DNA of 64,000 nucleotides from Chiloscyllium plagiosum (Eukaryota), in assembly GCF_004010195.1 (NCBI RefSeq), contig NC_057753.1:12403138-12467137 (forward strand). Reading direction: 5' to 3'. The notes beneath the pieces are model-generated. The model searched no databases and was not told where the DNA came from. It was given only the letters and a program-made list of their open reading frames with translations. Positions 1 through 13,212 of the stretch are shown here, piece by piece (within the stretch, counting starts at the first letter, position 1; every line of letters begins with the position of its first letter). The translations under genes and the position numbers were made by a program.

Positions 1-143
1 CATGAGCAGGGGTAGTGTTCCCCTCGGGGTTCTGGGGGTGGGGATAGTGACAGTGGGGTCTGTGGGAGGCGTGTCAGCAGAATGCAGGTGACTGGCGCTG
101 GTGGGTTCGGAAGTGGTGGCAGACACGGCAGTAGGGGTGGCGG
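1..143 (-). mobile_element. Penelope-like element fragment (same family as 35190-38460)
   Basis: The reverse complement aligns by eye with 36380-36520 of the long Penelope-like element (e.g. gacacgcctcccacagaccccactgtcac vs gacacgctccctacggaccctattgtcac). It abuts the 12-bp spacer of the D segment at 163-182. Confidence 0.7.
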
Positions 144-155
144 ATATTTTAACTT

Positions 156-189
156 CACTGTGGGATTTGGTGAGGGCTCATCCACCGTG
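156..189 (-). other. NAR-TCR D segment candidate (20-nt core, 163-182) between two RSS heptamers
   Basis: The + strand reads CACTGTG (156-162), GGATTTGGTGAGGGCTCATC, CACCGTG (183-189). It lies about 380 bp downstream of the NTCRV RSS, similar to the V-D distance in the second cassette. Both nonamers are degenerate or lost. Confidence 0.65.
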
Positions 190-569
190 CAATCTCAATC
201 ATTGTACACAATGTTTCAAATCAACATTAAAACCTCAGGTATTGTTTCGATGTGGAGAAAACAAATAAAGAATGGATACAATTTGTTTTACCATGTGAAG
301 CTCTAAGTTTTGGATCACAATTTGTGCTCTGTCTCCACACTGCGTTCATCATACCCAACATTTATGCACAGACTCCAATGACAAGAAGAAAAACAACATC
401 TGTGTCAATTCGGAATGTTCCAAACTGCAGATTTTAACTCCTTACAAAAGTAACATTAGAAATTAGAATGCGGTCCAGATGTGCGAGCAGAATCACTTGT
501 TTTATTATCTAGTGAAGAATTGTACTTTTTTCATTTGTTTCTGTGAAGGAAAGTTTTCTTTTAAGGGAG

Positions 570-1068
570 AGTTTTTGTAATGCACAATTATTGGGGAAGC
601 ATTCTGTGCTGTTTTAATAATGTGCTCGACAGCAATGGTTGGCGGTGTCTTCAATTCGTGCATCCCGAATCTCCAGTGAAAATGTTTTTATACTTTATTC
701 ATCTGTACAACAAATCTCACTCCGCTCCAGATCCTCGCTTGGCCTTTCCCGAACTGGCTTTGCCTGAGAAAATATCTAACTTCGAAATAATAACCTGGCT
801 GTGAACATAATAAACGCAGGTGATGGTGAGACAGTGGCATTCCTTCCTCATAACTACTGCCGTGGTGTGTGTCACGGACTGACTGAAAGCGCCTCGAAAT
901 TAAACAGGGAGAGTTAAGTGGACTGGAGCAAAGAAAAAAAAAACATCAAACGGTGCAACTTCGCGAATATCTCAGAAAAAGACGAGGTGGTGAGGAAAGT
1001 TACATCGAATCAAAATAATGCCTGTTTGTTTCATCTGTACTCAGGTTGAAAGTAAGAAAGATTTCCAT
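570..1068 (-). pseudogene. NAR-TCR V (IgNAR-like V) pseudogene 1 with 23-RSS
   Basis: V exon 892-609 after an AG acceptor reads AFSQSVTHTTAVVMRKECHCLTITC.. /frameshift/ YYFEVRYFLRQ..SGVRFVVQMNKV /frameshift/ TFSLEIRDARIEDTANHCCRAHY. It has a VNAR-like short FR2/CDR2 and an extra FR1 Cys (KEC). RSS is CACAGAA(608-602)-23-ACAAAAACT(578-570). A leader remnant MEIFLTFNL starts at the ATG at 1068, with its donor deleted. Confidence 0.85.
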
Positions 1069-1629
1069 GACCTTGCCACTTCGAGATGGCAGCTAAATGG
1101 CAAGCAGGTGGAGCCTGCAGCCAACACCCGCACAGGGAGACTATACCTCGGAGCAGGACTGAATTACATGAAAGTTTCAAGATGCTCTTCTATTAAATTA
1201 TTGATGAGCCGTGCGATTCCTGATGTTTGGCAATGTGTACGTGAATACTTGTTAAGTATTAAGTATTTAGTACTTTGTTAAGATGGACTTGTTAAGTCAG
1301 TGAATGCCATCACTTTAATCTGCACGACATGGAGGAGACCAGAGATCAATCCTGATGTTTTTATTGGACAGGGGCCTGATCCAAAGAATGGTCCCTCGTC
1401 TCAGTGTTTCGTCAGTCTGTAGGCAGGAGGAAACAAAATGCATAAAGAATAAAGCCTCTCCATCATTTCTGCTGATGTTACCTGCATCCGTCTCCAATGC
1501 AGATAGCATTTGACACGCAGTTTCCATTGAGTAATTATTGGTAGTTGTCTGCCTATTGTCCAGTTTATATTTGTCTTGAAACTTAATAAAGTGGCAGCTG
1601 GAAGGACAAAGGATATTTCTGTTAATACT

Positions 1630-2797
1630 TCGTAACCATGCTAGGTAACATCTTCGGTGAGCCTCCAGGTGAAGCAATGCTGATGATTCCTGCTTTCGAT
1701 TTATATGTTTGGGTTTCTCTGGTTTTGTGATGTAATTTCCTGTGGTGATGTTCATTTCTTGTTCTTTTTCTCAGGGGGTGGTAAATCAGTTCCAAGTCAA
1801 TCTGTTTGTTGAGATATTTCCGCTTGGAATGCCATGATTATGGGAAATCTCGTGCGTGTCTCTGTTTGGCTTGTCCTAGTCGAAGTTGTGTTCTTCCTCA
1901 TCTGTGTGTAAAGATACTAGCGGGAGAGGGTCATGTCATTTTGTGGCTCGTAGATGTTCTTGTATCCTGCTGGCTAGTTTTCCACCTTATTGCCCAATAT
2001 AGTGTTTGTTACACTACTTGCACAGTATTTTGTAAATGACATTAGTTTTGCTTCTTGTCTGGATACGGACTTCCAAGTTTGGTAGCTGTTGTTTTAAAGT
2101 ATTGATGGGCTTGGTGGTGCCAAGGGGTCTGAGTAGCTTGGCAGTCATTTGATGTAGGGGAGAGTAGCTAGAGTTTCTGGATGCGTTTTGTCTGCTTGTT
2201 TGGATTTGTTGCTGAGAGATCTGCGCACCGTGTTCATTGGGTACCCGTTCTTTTTGAATACACTGTAAAGGTGATTTTCCTTTGCTCTGCGTAATTTCTC
2301 TGTGCTGCAGTGTGTGGTGACTCATTGGAATAACGTTCTGATGCAGCGTTGTTTGTGGATGTTGGGGGATTGCTTCTGTAGTTTAATATTTGGTCCATAT
2401 GTGTTGTTTTCCTCGAGACGCTAGTTTGATGTTCCGCATTGGCTGTTCGCTCTACTGTGACATCTAGAAATGGCAGTTTGTTGTTGCTTTCCTCCTCTTT
2501 AGTGAATTTTATGCCAGTAAGTGACAAATTTGGTCTTACGATGCAAATTGTCTATATTGATAGAAATGACATCACAACAGGAAATGTCGTGACCGTAGGA
2601 AATGACATTACCAACCGAAAGAAACCCAAACATATATATAGAAAGCAGGAATCATCACCAGTGGTGCGTCCAGAGGCTCACTGAAGATGTTAACTGGTGT
2701 GTTGATGAAACGTCCAAAAATGAACCGTCCAGCTCAGTGAGCAAACCTACATCCAGAACTTCAGCCTGAGCTACAAATGTTCTCAAACCTCGCTGAG
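1630..2797 (-). mobile_element. Penelope-like element (RT C-terminus plus GIY-YIG endonuclease) with an inverted terminal segment
   Basis: Minus-strand ORFs read IKFTKEEESNNKLPFLDVTVER and KTNVIYKILCK..KHYIGQ. Segment 2565-2797 is the element's terminal repeat in the opposite (+) orientation. Confidence 0.8.
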
Positions 2798-2799
2798 GT

Positions 2800-3900
2800 G
2801 AACTGTTGGAAAATTGCTTCACACGGAAAGAAATCTCACGGAGTTTGTCATTCAAATATGCTCAAAAGGTATTTTGATAGGGAAGGAAAGCTTAAGGAGA
2901 ATGTGTTATTAGTTACACGGAGAGTGAAGGACCAGGTTCCGAGGACACCGAATTAGACATTCTTGAAATTAAATTCAACAATGAGGAAGTTGTAAAAAGT
3001 AGTGATAAACTATTGAGTTACTTTTCCAGTTGTTTGGATTCTTGCAAAGTCAATGCAGTTAAAACGACTGATACAGATCCGATTCCACATTTGAAAGGCT
3101 CTGCTGAAAAGGTGGGCAAAGCAACTTATATTTCTAAGTTGGACTTGCTCAAAGGACCGTGGAAGGCAAACTTGTCCGAACGAGTGAAGACAATTTCGAC
3201 TTTCATAGCAACGAATGGACTGTGTCACTTTAAAGTCATGCCATTTGGCATGAAAGCTGCGCCTGGTGCATTTCAGAGAATAACCAATGAGGTGATTTCC
3301 GGTTTCCGAATTGTGTTGTATGTCAGATGACCTGGTGATTTTTCATCATACACGGAAGGAACGTTTGCAAACTTTATTAGATTGTACGATCAACTTTGGA
3401 ATGTAGGCTTGGTGACAAACCTGGCTCAAAATGAATTTGCCAACGCCCACGTCACCTTCCTGGGCCACATTTTTGGACATGGACATATAGCCGCACGGAA
3501 TGCAAAATAAAAGTAACTGGACCTTTCCCATACTATCGACAAAAAGGGCAGTACTCTGATTCATGGGATTGAGTAGATTTTATTGGCAATTCGTTGCAAA
3601 TTTTGCCAGTGTAGCTGTTCCACTTACTGAATTGTTAAAGAAATGCAAAAGGTATCAGTACAGCACACTGTCAGAAGGCATTTGACAGTGTGAAAGCTGT
3701 GTAAATCACTTCCCCATTGTTAACCAATCCTAATTACATACAGTCATTGAAGGTGCCTGTTATTGCAAATGATGTGAGTGTCGGGGTGCTGTGCACTTAC
3801 AGGAAGATGACAGGAGAATCGAAAGACCAATCGTGTTATTCTCCAGGAAATCAGCAGAAATATTCAAGAGTTGAGAAGGAGACTTTGAGCGTAGTGTTGT
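2800..3900 (+). mobile_element. Gypsy/Ty3 LTR retrotransposon pol remnant (RT and RNase H)
   Basis: RT-like ISKLDLLKG..FKVMPFGMKAAPGAFQR and RNase H-like ANDVSVGV..QQKYSRVEKETLSVV, with frameshifts and stops. Confidence 0.85.
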
Positions 3901-3989
3901 TTTTTTTTCAGAGTTGTCGTGAACGCATAGATTTGAAATGTCTGAGTCTATCTCAGCGAAGCTTTTAATTTTTTAAATAAACACTTGTA

Positions 3990-4470
3990 CTGTGAAAGAG
4001 GAGCGACCTGTTCTCGCTGTTCAGCTTTTGTCTGCATTAGCTTGGCTTGGTTTGAGCAAGCAGACAATGTTTTCAGGCTCCTGATCAAATAAACAGCTAC
4101 TTGGAAGCTGTTCTATGCTGAATCTATCTGTCATCTCTCTCTATTCTGTAAGACTTTGTGTTTGTTCTTACCTCTTTGCCAATGGGTGATTATAAGGATT
4201 GTTTCAAGAATTTAGAACAATGTAGTTAAGTTGGGATAGCCCACTGGCTTTTCAGATACCTTAATTTATCCCATATTCTGTTATTGTTTGTTCGTGTTTC
4301 ATTGTAAATAAATACTGCTTGATTGAAAACTGAATGGTTGGGCCAGCTGCAGCCCTCCTGGAATATCCACTGTACGTACGTGTATTTCCTAGGCTTAAAA
4401 TGACAATCATAGAAGTGGCCAGGGGTACTTTGTTGAAGTGTTGTGAGGGGCTCTGACCTGGCCAGTAACA
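3990..4470 (+). mobile_element. Probable 3' LTR of the Gypsy element
   Basis: Follows the pol remnant, contains AATAAA and ends in ..TAACA at 4470, after which sequence homologous to the tandem V-unit tail resumes. The 5' boundary is approximate. Confidence 0.5.
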
Positions 4471-5382
4471 GACTGCAGACGTTTAAGAAGGCAGCTCGCC
4501 ACCACCATCTCAAAGGCAACTATGGAAGGGCAACATATGCTGGCCAGCCAGCTGGGCCCAATGTCACAAATGAATTAAATAAAAACATCAGTAGTTACGC
4601 AATATAAATATAGAATCCATACAGGGTGGAAGCAGGCTATTCAGCTCATTTAGTCCACTCCGTGACTCTGAAGAGCATCACACACAGGTCTGTTCTGTGG
4701 CCGCATTTCCAATCGATAATTTAACTATCGAGGCCAGATTAGGACTGTGCGAGGTAACCAAATCACACACGGGAAATACACCGAGGCAAAGGGAAAATGT
4801 CCAAACGACATACAGGCATTTGAGGCTGAAATCGAACCTGGGTCTCTGATACATTGAGGTAACATAGGTTCGCATTGACTGAACATGTCATGAACGCGTC
4901 CAGAGTATTTGGGATTTGGAATTGCAACACTGATAATGTAATAATTTACTGGCACTGCAAATTTCCCAGCGATCTCACCAGACATGCGATAGTCTCACTA
5001 ACTGAAACAGTCTGTAACCTGGTATTCAGTAGACTTTTTGGATCAACATCATCAGTTGCCTTCATATTTATTCTTATGCCATTTGTAAACTTCGCAATGG
5101 TACATTCACTTTACTCAGGATTTGGATGGTACCGTTATGAGGGACGAGGGAGACTTTAGCATAAACTGCATTGTTTCCCTTAATACATCTTTTACCCTTT
5201 TATTGGAGCAACTGACAATGCTGGCAAATCCACATATAGTCCCTGACAATGTGACAGTGAGTCACCAATTTTATAAATTGCACTGAATCTGATATACATA
5301 CAGACAGTTTATGTACAATGAAACAAAGTAAAGTTTTCAATGGATATTCTCAGCAAACACAGGAAAAGCAACATTTATTTCT

Positions 5383-6033
5383 GGATGTAGGTTTGCTCAC
5401 TGAGCTGAAAGGTTCATTTCCTGACGTTTTATTACCATTCACACTAAAACAGCAACTAATGAACGTGAAAGACTCTACACAGACAATGAGCAAAACTAAC
5501 GTCATTTACAAAATACCGTGCAAGGACTGTGAACAAACAATACATTGAACAAACAGGCAGAAATCTAGCCACCAGGATACATGAACAACAACCAGCCACA
5601 AAAAGACATGACCCTCTCTCACTCATATCCTCACACAGGGATGAAGAAGGACACCACTTCGATTGGGACAATACATCCATCCTCAGACAAGCCAAACAAA
5701 GACATGCACGAGAATTCTGAGAAGCATGGCATTCCAACCAGAACTCTATCAACAAACACATCGAGTTAGACCCCATCTACCACCACCTGAGAAAAGGAAC
5801 CGTAAGTGACTTCACCACAGGAAACAACAACACCAAAGGAAATGACATCGCCAACCCAAAGAAATCCAAACGTATAAATAGAAAGCAAGAAGTTTCAGCA
5901 TTGCTTCGCCTGAGTTCCACTGAAGATGTTATCTAGTAAGGTAATGAAACGTCTGGAATTGAACCTTTCAGCTCAGGGAGCAAACCTACATCCAAAACCT
6001 AAATCTGAGGCACAGATCTTCTCAAAGCTCGCT
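5383..6033 (+). mobile_element. 5'-truncated Penelope-like element with 13-bp target-site duplication
   Basis: GIY-YIG remnant KTNVIYKIPCKDC..YIEQTGRNLATRIHEQ. Short inverted 5' piece at 5383-5440. TSD AACATTTATTTCT at 5370-5382 and 6034-6046. Confidence 0.85.
5915..5958 (+). ncRNA. Minimal type I hammerhead ribozyme in the Penelope terminal repeat
   Basis: TTCCA-CTGAAGA-T-GTTATCT agta AGGTAAT-GAAA-CGTC-TGGAA: stem I TTCCA/TGGAA, CUGANGA and GAAA cores, palindromic ACGT stem III and a GUC cleavage triplet. Confidence 0.7.
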
Positions 6034-6563
6034 AACATTTATTTCTATTGCTTTATTCATTAAACATTTCCCTGTGGAATAAAGTTTTCGTTGCAATGCA
6101 GGTGGAACGTAGTATGAAATCGTTGCATGCCTCAAATGAAGTTGAAATGCCGAATCTCAACCGTTCAATGTATTCTACCTGGAAGGGGGGGGGGGGGGTG
6201 GGGCATATCTGTTTTCCTTAAGCAGTATTCAGTGAACTGTATTCAGCGTGGGAATTTCAATGAAGGAATTCCCAATACATAGATGGTAATGCGAATCTGA
6301 GATCAATATCGAAGATGAGAATTGGAGAAGGAGGAGGAGTGACCTTGCAGGCAATGTGAGCAACTTTCAGTGTGAGAGGCTTATTACAGAAACAAACGCC
6401 AAGACCCTCCTTCTTCTGCAATTTCAACAGGAAGGCAGCTCTGAGTTAGACATAAAGTGTGCATTATTCTGATTATTTACTCTTATAATTATAATACTTA
6501 CCTTCAGATCCACAACAGATCTCTGCAAACAATTTCTTTCACCACTTTTCTTATAATCTGAAA

Positions 6564-6934
6564 AAGTTGTGAACCTACAGAATCCTGCTGCTGTTTTCCG
6601 TTCTGCCCTCCACGGATCTGAATGGATAAGGTGACGTGCTGCATCTTCCTCCGTGGTGGTTGTTAGTGAATTGGAAATTGTGTCCATGAATTTCTCAATT
6701 TCCATCACATTTAAGATAGTGATTTGTTATAGACAGCTCCTGAATCATCCACCCCTGCATCTCGTGATGGTCAAATTTGAAGATGATCATACCACGAGGA
6801 TCACCACTCAATCAACAGAGATTACAAAGTTACTACCCTGACTGTGTAAGATGCCATATATACTGACACTGAACCTACCTCTCTGCAAATGAGAGCACAT
6901 CGTCACAAATAGGTGGTGAGTCCATACCAAATCC
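6564..6934 (+). pseudogene. Intronless leader-V TCR (alpha-type) pseudogene, copy 1
   Basis: Colinear with 13715-14048. ATG changed to AAG, with stops and frameshifts. RSS is CACATCG(6896-6902)-23-ACCAAATCC(6926-6934). Confidence 0.85.
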
Positions 6935-7990
6935 TGCACTGAGTGGGAGATCTGCTATGCTGATTTTGAATTATCAGTGTTACGAATTCTGTGCTCCAAA
7001 TTTCGAAATAAGTGAAATGAGAGAAAAATACACCAGAAAGTATGGAACAGCAAAGATTAAAGATCGTGAGAATGAAGACAATTAGATATGTCGATGGAGG
7101 TAAAGGAAGGGTATCTTTGCAAGCCAGATCATTGATGGGGAGAAAACAGAACTTAGGGAGATACAGTAATAACAGCTGCAGAGGACAGGATTGTGAGAAA
7201 TTGTTGATGAAAAAATGGAAGCAAGTGAAATATAACGAGCATGATGCAAAGGGACTAAAGATCAGGTGAAATGACAATTGGTGGAAAGTTGACAGAAATA
7301 TGGTGACCTTACTTTTAGCATGATCTTACCATCACTGAATTCCCCCATTGCCCACATTCTAGGTGTTTCCTTGATCAGAACCTCAATTAGACATACCACA
7401 TAAGTACAATGGCTACAAGAGCAGGTAAAAGGCGAGGAATACTTCCGTTTTAACGTTGCTTCTGACTAGCCGAAGCCTGCCCAACTTCTCCATAGCACAT
7501 GTCAGAAGTTTGATGGAGTGCTCCCTGCTTGTCTGGATTATTGCAGCCCCAACTCAAGGAACGAGCTTGACAACATCCAGAACGATGCAGACTGCTTGAT
7601 TGACACTACATCTACAAGTTTCCGCTGCCTTCACCTATGTGTACCATCTACAAGATACACAGTAGAAAGTTTCCAAAAATCCTCAGACAGCACCTTTGAA
7701 ACACATGGCCACTTCTGTCTAGACAACAGGGATAGCAGATATATTAGAACAACACTACCTTCGAGTTCCCCTCCAAGCTACTAACCAACCTGACTTGGAA
7801 ATATACCTCTTTTTCTTCACTGTCGCTGGATCAAAACACTGGAATTCCATCCCTCATGGCATTGTGTGTCAACCACCAACAGGTGCGATGCGCGGGTTCA
7901 AGAAGGCAGATAATTACCACCTTCCAAAATGCAAATGCGGATGGCAATAAATACTGAACAACCAGTGTAGCCACATCTCACAAATCAATA

Positions 7991-8649
7991 TGTTATGACA
8001 CGGGTAAACACCCCCCCTCAACCCTGTTAATTTTAAACTAGCAACACAGAGAAGATTTAGTCCGGAAAAAGTAACACATTTATTTATTGAAGTATAACAG
8101 AGAATAATAAACTAATAACTATTTGCAAGTCATATATTTACTTTCCCTTCTATAATAGTCCGATAAAACCCCTGAAAAAGGTTTACCAAAACTTAAATTT
8201 CAAAATCACGCAACTGTCGAATGCTCCCTATGTACCTTCCTATGTAGACTTTGTTCTTCTTCGAATTTGTATTTCACAGGTTGATAGATAAATGTAATTT
8301 TCAAATATCTAATTTTCCAGGCAGTCTGTTGACCTTGGTGGCTTGACAGTACTCTCTCAACTGTTCACATTTTCCCGATCTTGTACTCCCAAAGCTTCGG
8401 ATTGTGTCATTGGTTTTTAATATTGTCAATATACGAATTTCAGACATCATTGGAGTTTGGTTATTTGGGGGTATAATTTAAACTTATTTGCCTAATTCAA
8501 ATTATTTATTTGTCTCCAGGCAATCGGCGACACTAACTGCTGGGCCAAAAGGTTACATTGTATCTTGTTCAGGACATTTGATGCTGTCAGGTCGTTCTAC
8601 TAGCTGTCAATTTCGTAAGGGTATAGTATTCTTCTACATCTTCTTAACA
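7991..8649 (-). mobile_element. Solo LTR
   Basis: TGTT..AACA termini with a 4-bp TSD AATA (7987-7990 and 8650-8653). Absent at the equivalent site in the other duplicated units. Strand inferred from TTTATT on +. Confidence 0.75.
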
Positions 8650-10002
8650 AATAAAATTTAAACTATCAATGGTGCACAATATAAACAATGTATCCATATT
8701 GTGTGGTAGTAGGCCATTCGGCCCATAGAGACTCTGAAGAGCATCATACTCGAACGTACCCTCTCCCTGCATCTCCTCTGGCTAATTCACCAATCTGCCT
8801 AACTTTTAAATGTGGGTAGGTTCAAGAGCACCCGCTGGAAACCCATGCAGACATATGAAGACTGAGCAAACTCCACACAGAATGCCACCTGAAGTTGAAA
8901 TCGATCATGCATCTGTGGTGCTGCGAAGCAGCAGTACTAACCACTGAGCCTCAGTGCCATCTTCATACGAATTATTTCTGAAAATCCATGATTTGTTAAT
9001 GCGTCCCTCAAACATTGCTCATTTATGGGCGCCAGAGATTTTGTAGTGGTCTCGCCAACATTCTGTATCATCACAGACACTGAAAGTGTCTATAACGTGG
9101 TCTTCTTGTAGTCTCATAAAAACATTATCGCCACATGCGTTCCCATGTATTTTTGTGTCATCGAAAAACCTGGCAGTGGTACTTTCACTTCAATCAGGAT
9201 TTGGATGATGCATGGACGTTTCTGCTCTTACATTATTCCCATTCAGATGAGGGAGACTTGACTGCAATGTGTTCTTTTTCTTTCAAATATTCTGTAACCA
9301 TGTATGTGCGTGGCTGTCAATGCCAGCATCTACATCGCAGAGTCTGTGACAATGCCACTGTCAGCCATCGATTTGAAACGATGCAGTGCATCTGCTTTTC
9401 ATACAGGAGTTACATTTACAATGAGACTTAGCAAAGTTAAACAAATCCAGTTGCAATGGATATTCCCAGTAAATTCATCAAAAGCAACATTCGATCCTAC
9501 TGCTTCAATCATTAAAAAATTCCTTGTGGAATAACATGTTTGGATACAATGTGGGAGTAAAGTAGTCTGAAATCTTTGGATGCTGCAAAGGAAATTGAAA
9601 TGCAGACCCTGAACTAATTACAGTGTTCCACACGGATGTGGGACACATGTGTTTTCATTTATCATTATCCAGTGAAGTGGAACGATGTGAGATTTTGAAC
9701 ATTGCAATTAGTTGTATATGCCACTAGATGGTAGTGTGTTTCTGTGATCAAACTTGAAGATGAGGGCTGGAGGAGGAGTGACCTTCCCGACAGTGTGAGC
9801 AACTGTCAGTGTGAGAGGCTTGTTACAGAAACAATCGCCAAGACTTAGATTCTTCAGCAACTTCAACAGGAAAGTGGTTCTGAGTAAGATGAGAAGCGTG
9901 CATTATTCTCGTTATTTGCTCTTATAAAGACGATATTTATGTTCAGTTCCTCAACTGAGTTCTGTGGACAATCGTTTTCCTCACTGTTCTTGCAAGCTTT
10001 TG

Positions 10003-10374
10003 ATGTTCTGAATTTGCAGATCCTCCTGCTATTTTCCACTCTGACCTCCACAGAGGTGACTGGAGAAGGTTAAGTGATGCAACTTCCGTGGTGGGTGGTT
10101 GTTGGTGAAATGGGAATCGTGTCCATGAGTTGTTCCTTCGCTCCTGCATTTAGCACAGTGCATTGATACAGATAGTTCCCAAAATAGCGATCACTGCATC
10201 TGGTGATGGCCAAACGACAAGATGATCAGCCCGAAATGATCGCCGTTTCAATCAGTGGAAATAACAAACTTAGTGCTCTGACTGCAAAGGACGCCATACT
10301 TAATGACACCACCACCTGCCTCACTGCATCGACGGCACGGTGTCATAAACAGATAGCGAATCCATGCCAAAACA
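10003..10374 (+). pseudogene. Intronless leader-V TCR pseudogene, copy 2
   Basis: Starts ATG TTC TGA (stop at codon 3), and YLC has become CLT. RSS is CACGGTG(10336-10342)-23-GCCAAAACA(10366-10374). Confidence 0.85.
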
Positions 10375-10445
10375 AGCTAAGTATGAAGTTCTGATATGTT
10401 GTTATTCATTCTGTGGTCCAAAGTCCGAGTTAAAGGAAAGCAGAG

Positions 10446-10642
10446 TGGGTTTCCTCCGGGTGTTCCGGTTTCCTCCCACAGTCCAAAGATGTGCAGGTTA
10501 GGTGAATTGGCCATGCTAAATTGCCCGTAGTGTTAGGTGTAGGGGAATGGGTCTGGGTGGGTTACGCTTCGGCGGGTCGCGGCCTGTTGGGCCGAAGGGC
10601 CTGTTTCCACACTGTAAGTAATCTAATCTAATCTAATCTAAT
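10446..10642 (+). mobile_element. HE1-like (V-SINE) element, 5'-truncated, recent
   Basis: V-SINE core gggtttcctccgggtgttccggtttcctcccacagtccaaagatgtgcaggttagg, (TAATC)n tail, and TSD CAGAG (10441-10445 and 10643-10647). Confidence 0.8.
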
Positions 10643-12995
10643 CAGAGCAAGATACAACAGACAGTATGGAACAGAAAACCTTAAAAGTGATCTGAAGTAA
10701 AGTCAATTGGATATGTGTTTGGAGGTGAACTAAGTCCATCTTTGCAAGCCAGAAGCATTAATGTAGAAAAGGAAGCTTGGAGAGATACTATAATAATACT
10801 TGCAGAGGACAGAATTGTGAAAAACTGTTGAAGAACAAATTGAAGTAAGTGAAAAAAGTGCATGATGTACAGATGTTATAGATCAGGTTAAATCACAATT
10901 GAAGGAAACAGCAAGAAAATATACTAGTTTTTCCTTTAACATGGCTTTACCACCTGGGAGTTTCCTTATCCAGAACCTCCGCATAAATACGGTGGCTCGA
11001 ATAGCAGGTCAGATGCTTGGAATGCTGCTGTCTGTAACATACTCCTGACGCCACAAAGCCTGCCCGGCATCGACAAAGCACAAGGCAGGAGTGTGATGGA
11101 ATGCTCCCAACTTGTCTGGCTCAGTGCAACCCTCAAAGTACGCAACACTATTGACACAACTCCGGACAAAGCAGCCCAATTGATTGATAGGCTAGATTAG
11201 AATGGTGCTGGAAAAGCACAGCACGCCAGGCAGCATCCGAGGAGCAGGAAAATGGAAATTTCGGGATAAAACCCTTAATCAGGGATTGATCGTGCATCCA
11301 CAAGCATCCAGTGCGTTGATGAATGACGCTCAGAGTGTATCATCTGCAAGATGCAGAGCAGAAATTCCACAAACATCTTCAGACAACATCTCCCAAACGT
11401 ATGACCTCTACGATCTCGAAGGATAAGGGATAACAGATTATATGGGAGCAGCACTGCCTTCGAGCCCCCCTTCCAGCCACTCAATATTCTGATTTGAAAA
11501 TATATTGACGTTCCTTCGGAGTCGCTGGATCAGAATATTGGAATTCCCTCCCCAGTGGCATTGTCGATCAACCCATGGAAGATGGCCTGCAGCGGTTCAA
11601 GAAGGCAATTCACCAACACTTTCGCAAAGGCGACTAGAGATGAGCAACAAATGCTGAATAGCCAACGACGCCCATATCCCATAAATTAATAAAGAATGAC
11701 ATCAGTTGTAACAGAATCTAAGTATACAACCCCTACACTGTGAAAGCCAGCCATTTGGCTCATCGAGTTCACACTGAGCCTCTGAAGAACATCGCAGTCA
11801 GACCCATCCAGTCCCTGCATCTCTTGCAGCTAATTCAACAAACCTGCCTATCTTTGGACTATGCGAGGAAACCAGAGCTCCCACAGGAAATTCACAGAAA
11901 CACCCGAGAATGTGCAGTCTCCACACAAACGGTCACCTGAGGTGGAAATTGAACCTGCAGCTCTGGTTCAGTGAAGCAGTAATTGTAACCATTGAACCAC
12001 CGTGCCATCATCACAAGAATGTTCCTGAAAATGTATGATTTAATATTGTCCTACTTATAAATTGTTCATTTCATGATGCTGCAAATTTCCAAGAGATCTC
12101 GTAAGACTACCCTATAGTCGCACACACTAAAACAGCCAGAGAACTTGGTATTCTTGCAGGCTGTTTGAACCATCATCACTGATTGGCCTTCTCATTTATT
12201 TTTGAGACATCTGAAAATCTGGTAGTGTTATATTCGGTTCGGTGAGGATTTGTACTGATGTGTATCCATGCTCCTTGATCATTTCCTTTCAGGGGAGGGA
12301 GACATTAACACAATGTGTTTTTTGTCTTCAAAACATGCATTAATCTTGTATGGGTGTGGCTGGCAATGCTGGCTCCTACCTCTATTAGTCGTGACAATGC
12401 GATGGTGAGCCACCGAATCGACACACTGCAGTGCATGTGATATAGGCAGAGCAGTTACATTTACAACGACACAAAGTTAAAGAAATCTGGATGCATTTGT
12501 CCAGCATATGCAACAAAAGTCACATTCGATTGTACTACTTCATTCATTGAAATTTTCTTGTGGAATATAGTTTTGATAACAATATGAGGAACATATTCTG
12601 AAATAATTGGATACTGCAAATGAAGTTCAAATGTTGTGTTCGACAGGGAAATGGGTGATACCTGCTTTCATTGAGCAGTTTCCAGTGAACTGTAATTAAT
12701 GCCAGAATTTGAACATCGCCATTACTTGTGCACGCCACGAGAGATGGCAGAGCCTTTCTGTGCTAAATATTGAAAATGAGGGTTGGAGAGAGAGTTACTT
12801 TCCAGACAGTGTGAGAGTCATATTACAGAAACAAATGCCAAGACTTAGCTTCGTGGCAACTTCCACACGACGGTCGTTCTTATTTAGACGTGAAGTGTGT
12901 ACATTTCCAGTTATTTACTCTTATAATTATAGTATTTACCATCTGTTCCTCAACAGAACTCCGTGGACAACTGATTTCTCTACTGTTCATGCAAT

Positions 12996-13212
12996 ATGAT
13001 GATGATGCGAATTTGCAGAATCCTGCTGCTGATTTTCACACTTATCTCCGTGGAAGTGACTGCAGAAGATGATGTGATGCAACTTCCTCCGTGGATGGTT
13101 GTTAGGCAAGTGGGAATCGTGTCCGTGAATTCGTCCTTTGCCACTGAATGTAGAACAGTGCTTTGGTACACACTGCTCCTGAATTAACCATCCCAGTTTT
13201 GGCTGATGGCTA
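12996..13212 (+). pseudogene. Intronless leader-V TCR pseudogene, copy 3 (3'-truncated)
   Basis: Reads MRICRILLLIFTLISVEVTAEDDVMQLPPWMVVRQVGIVSVNSSF..VLWY. It breaks in FR2 and is fused to the upstream region of copy 4, so FR3 and the RSS are missing. Confidence 0.8.
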
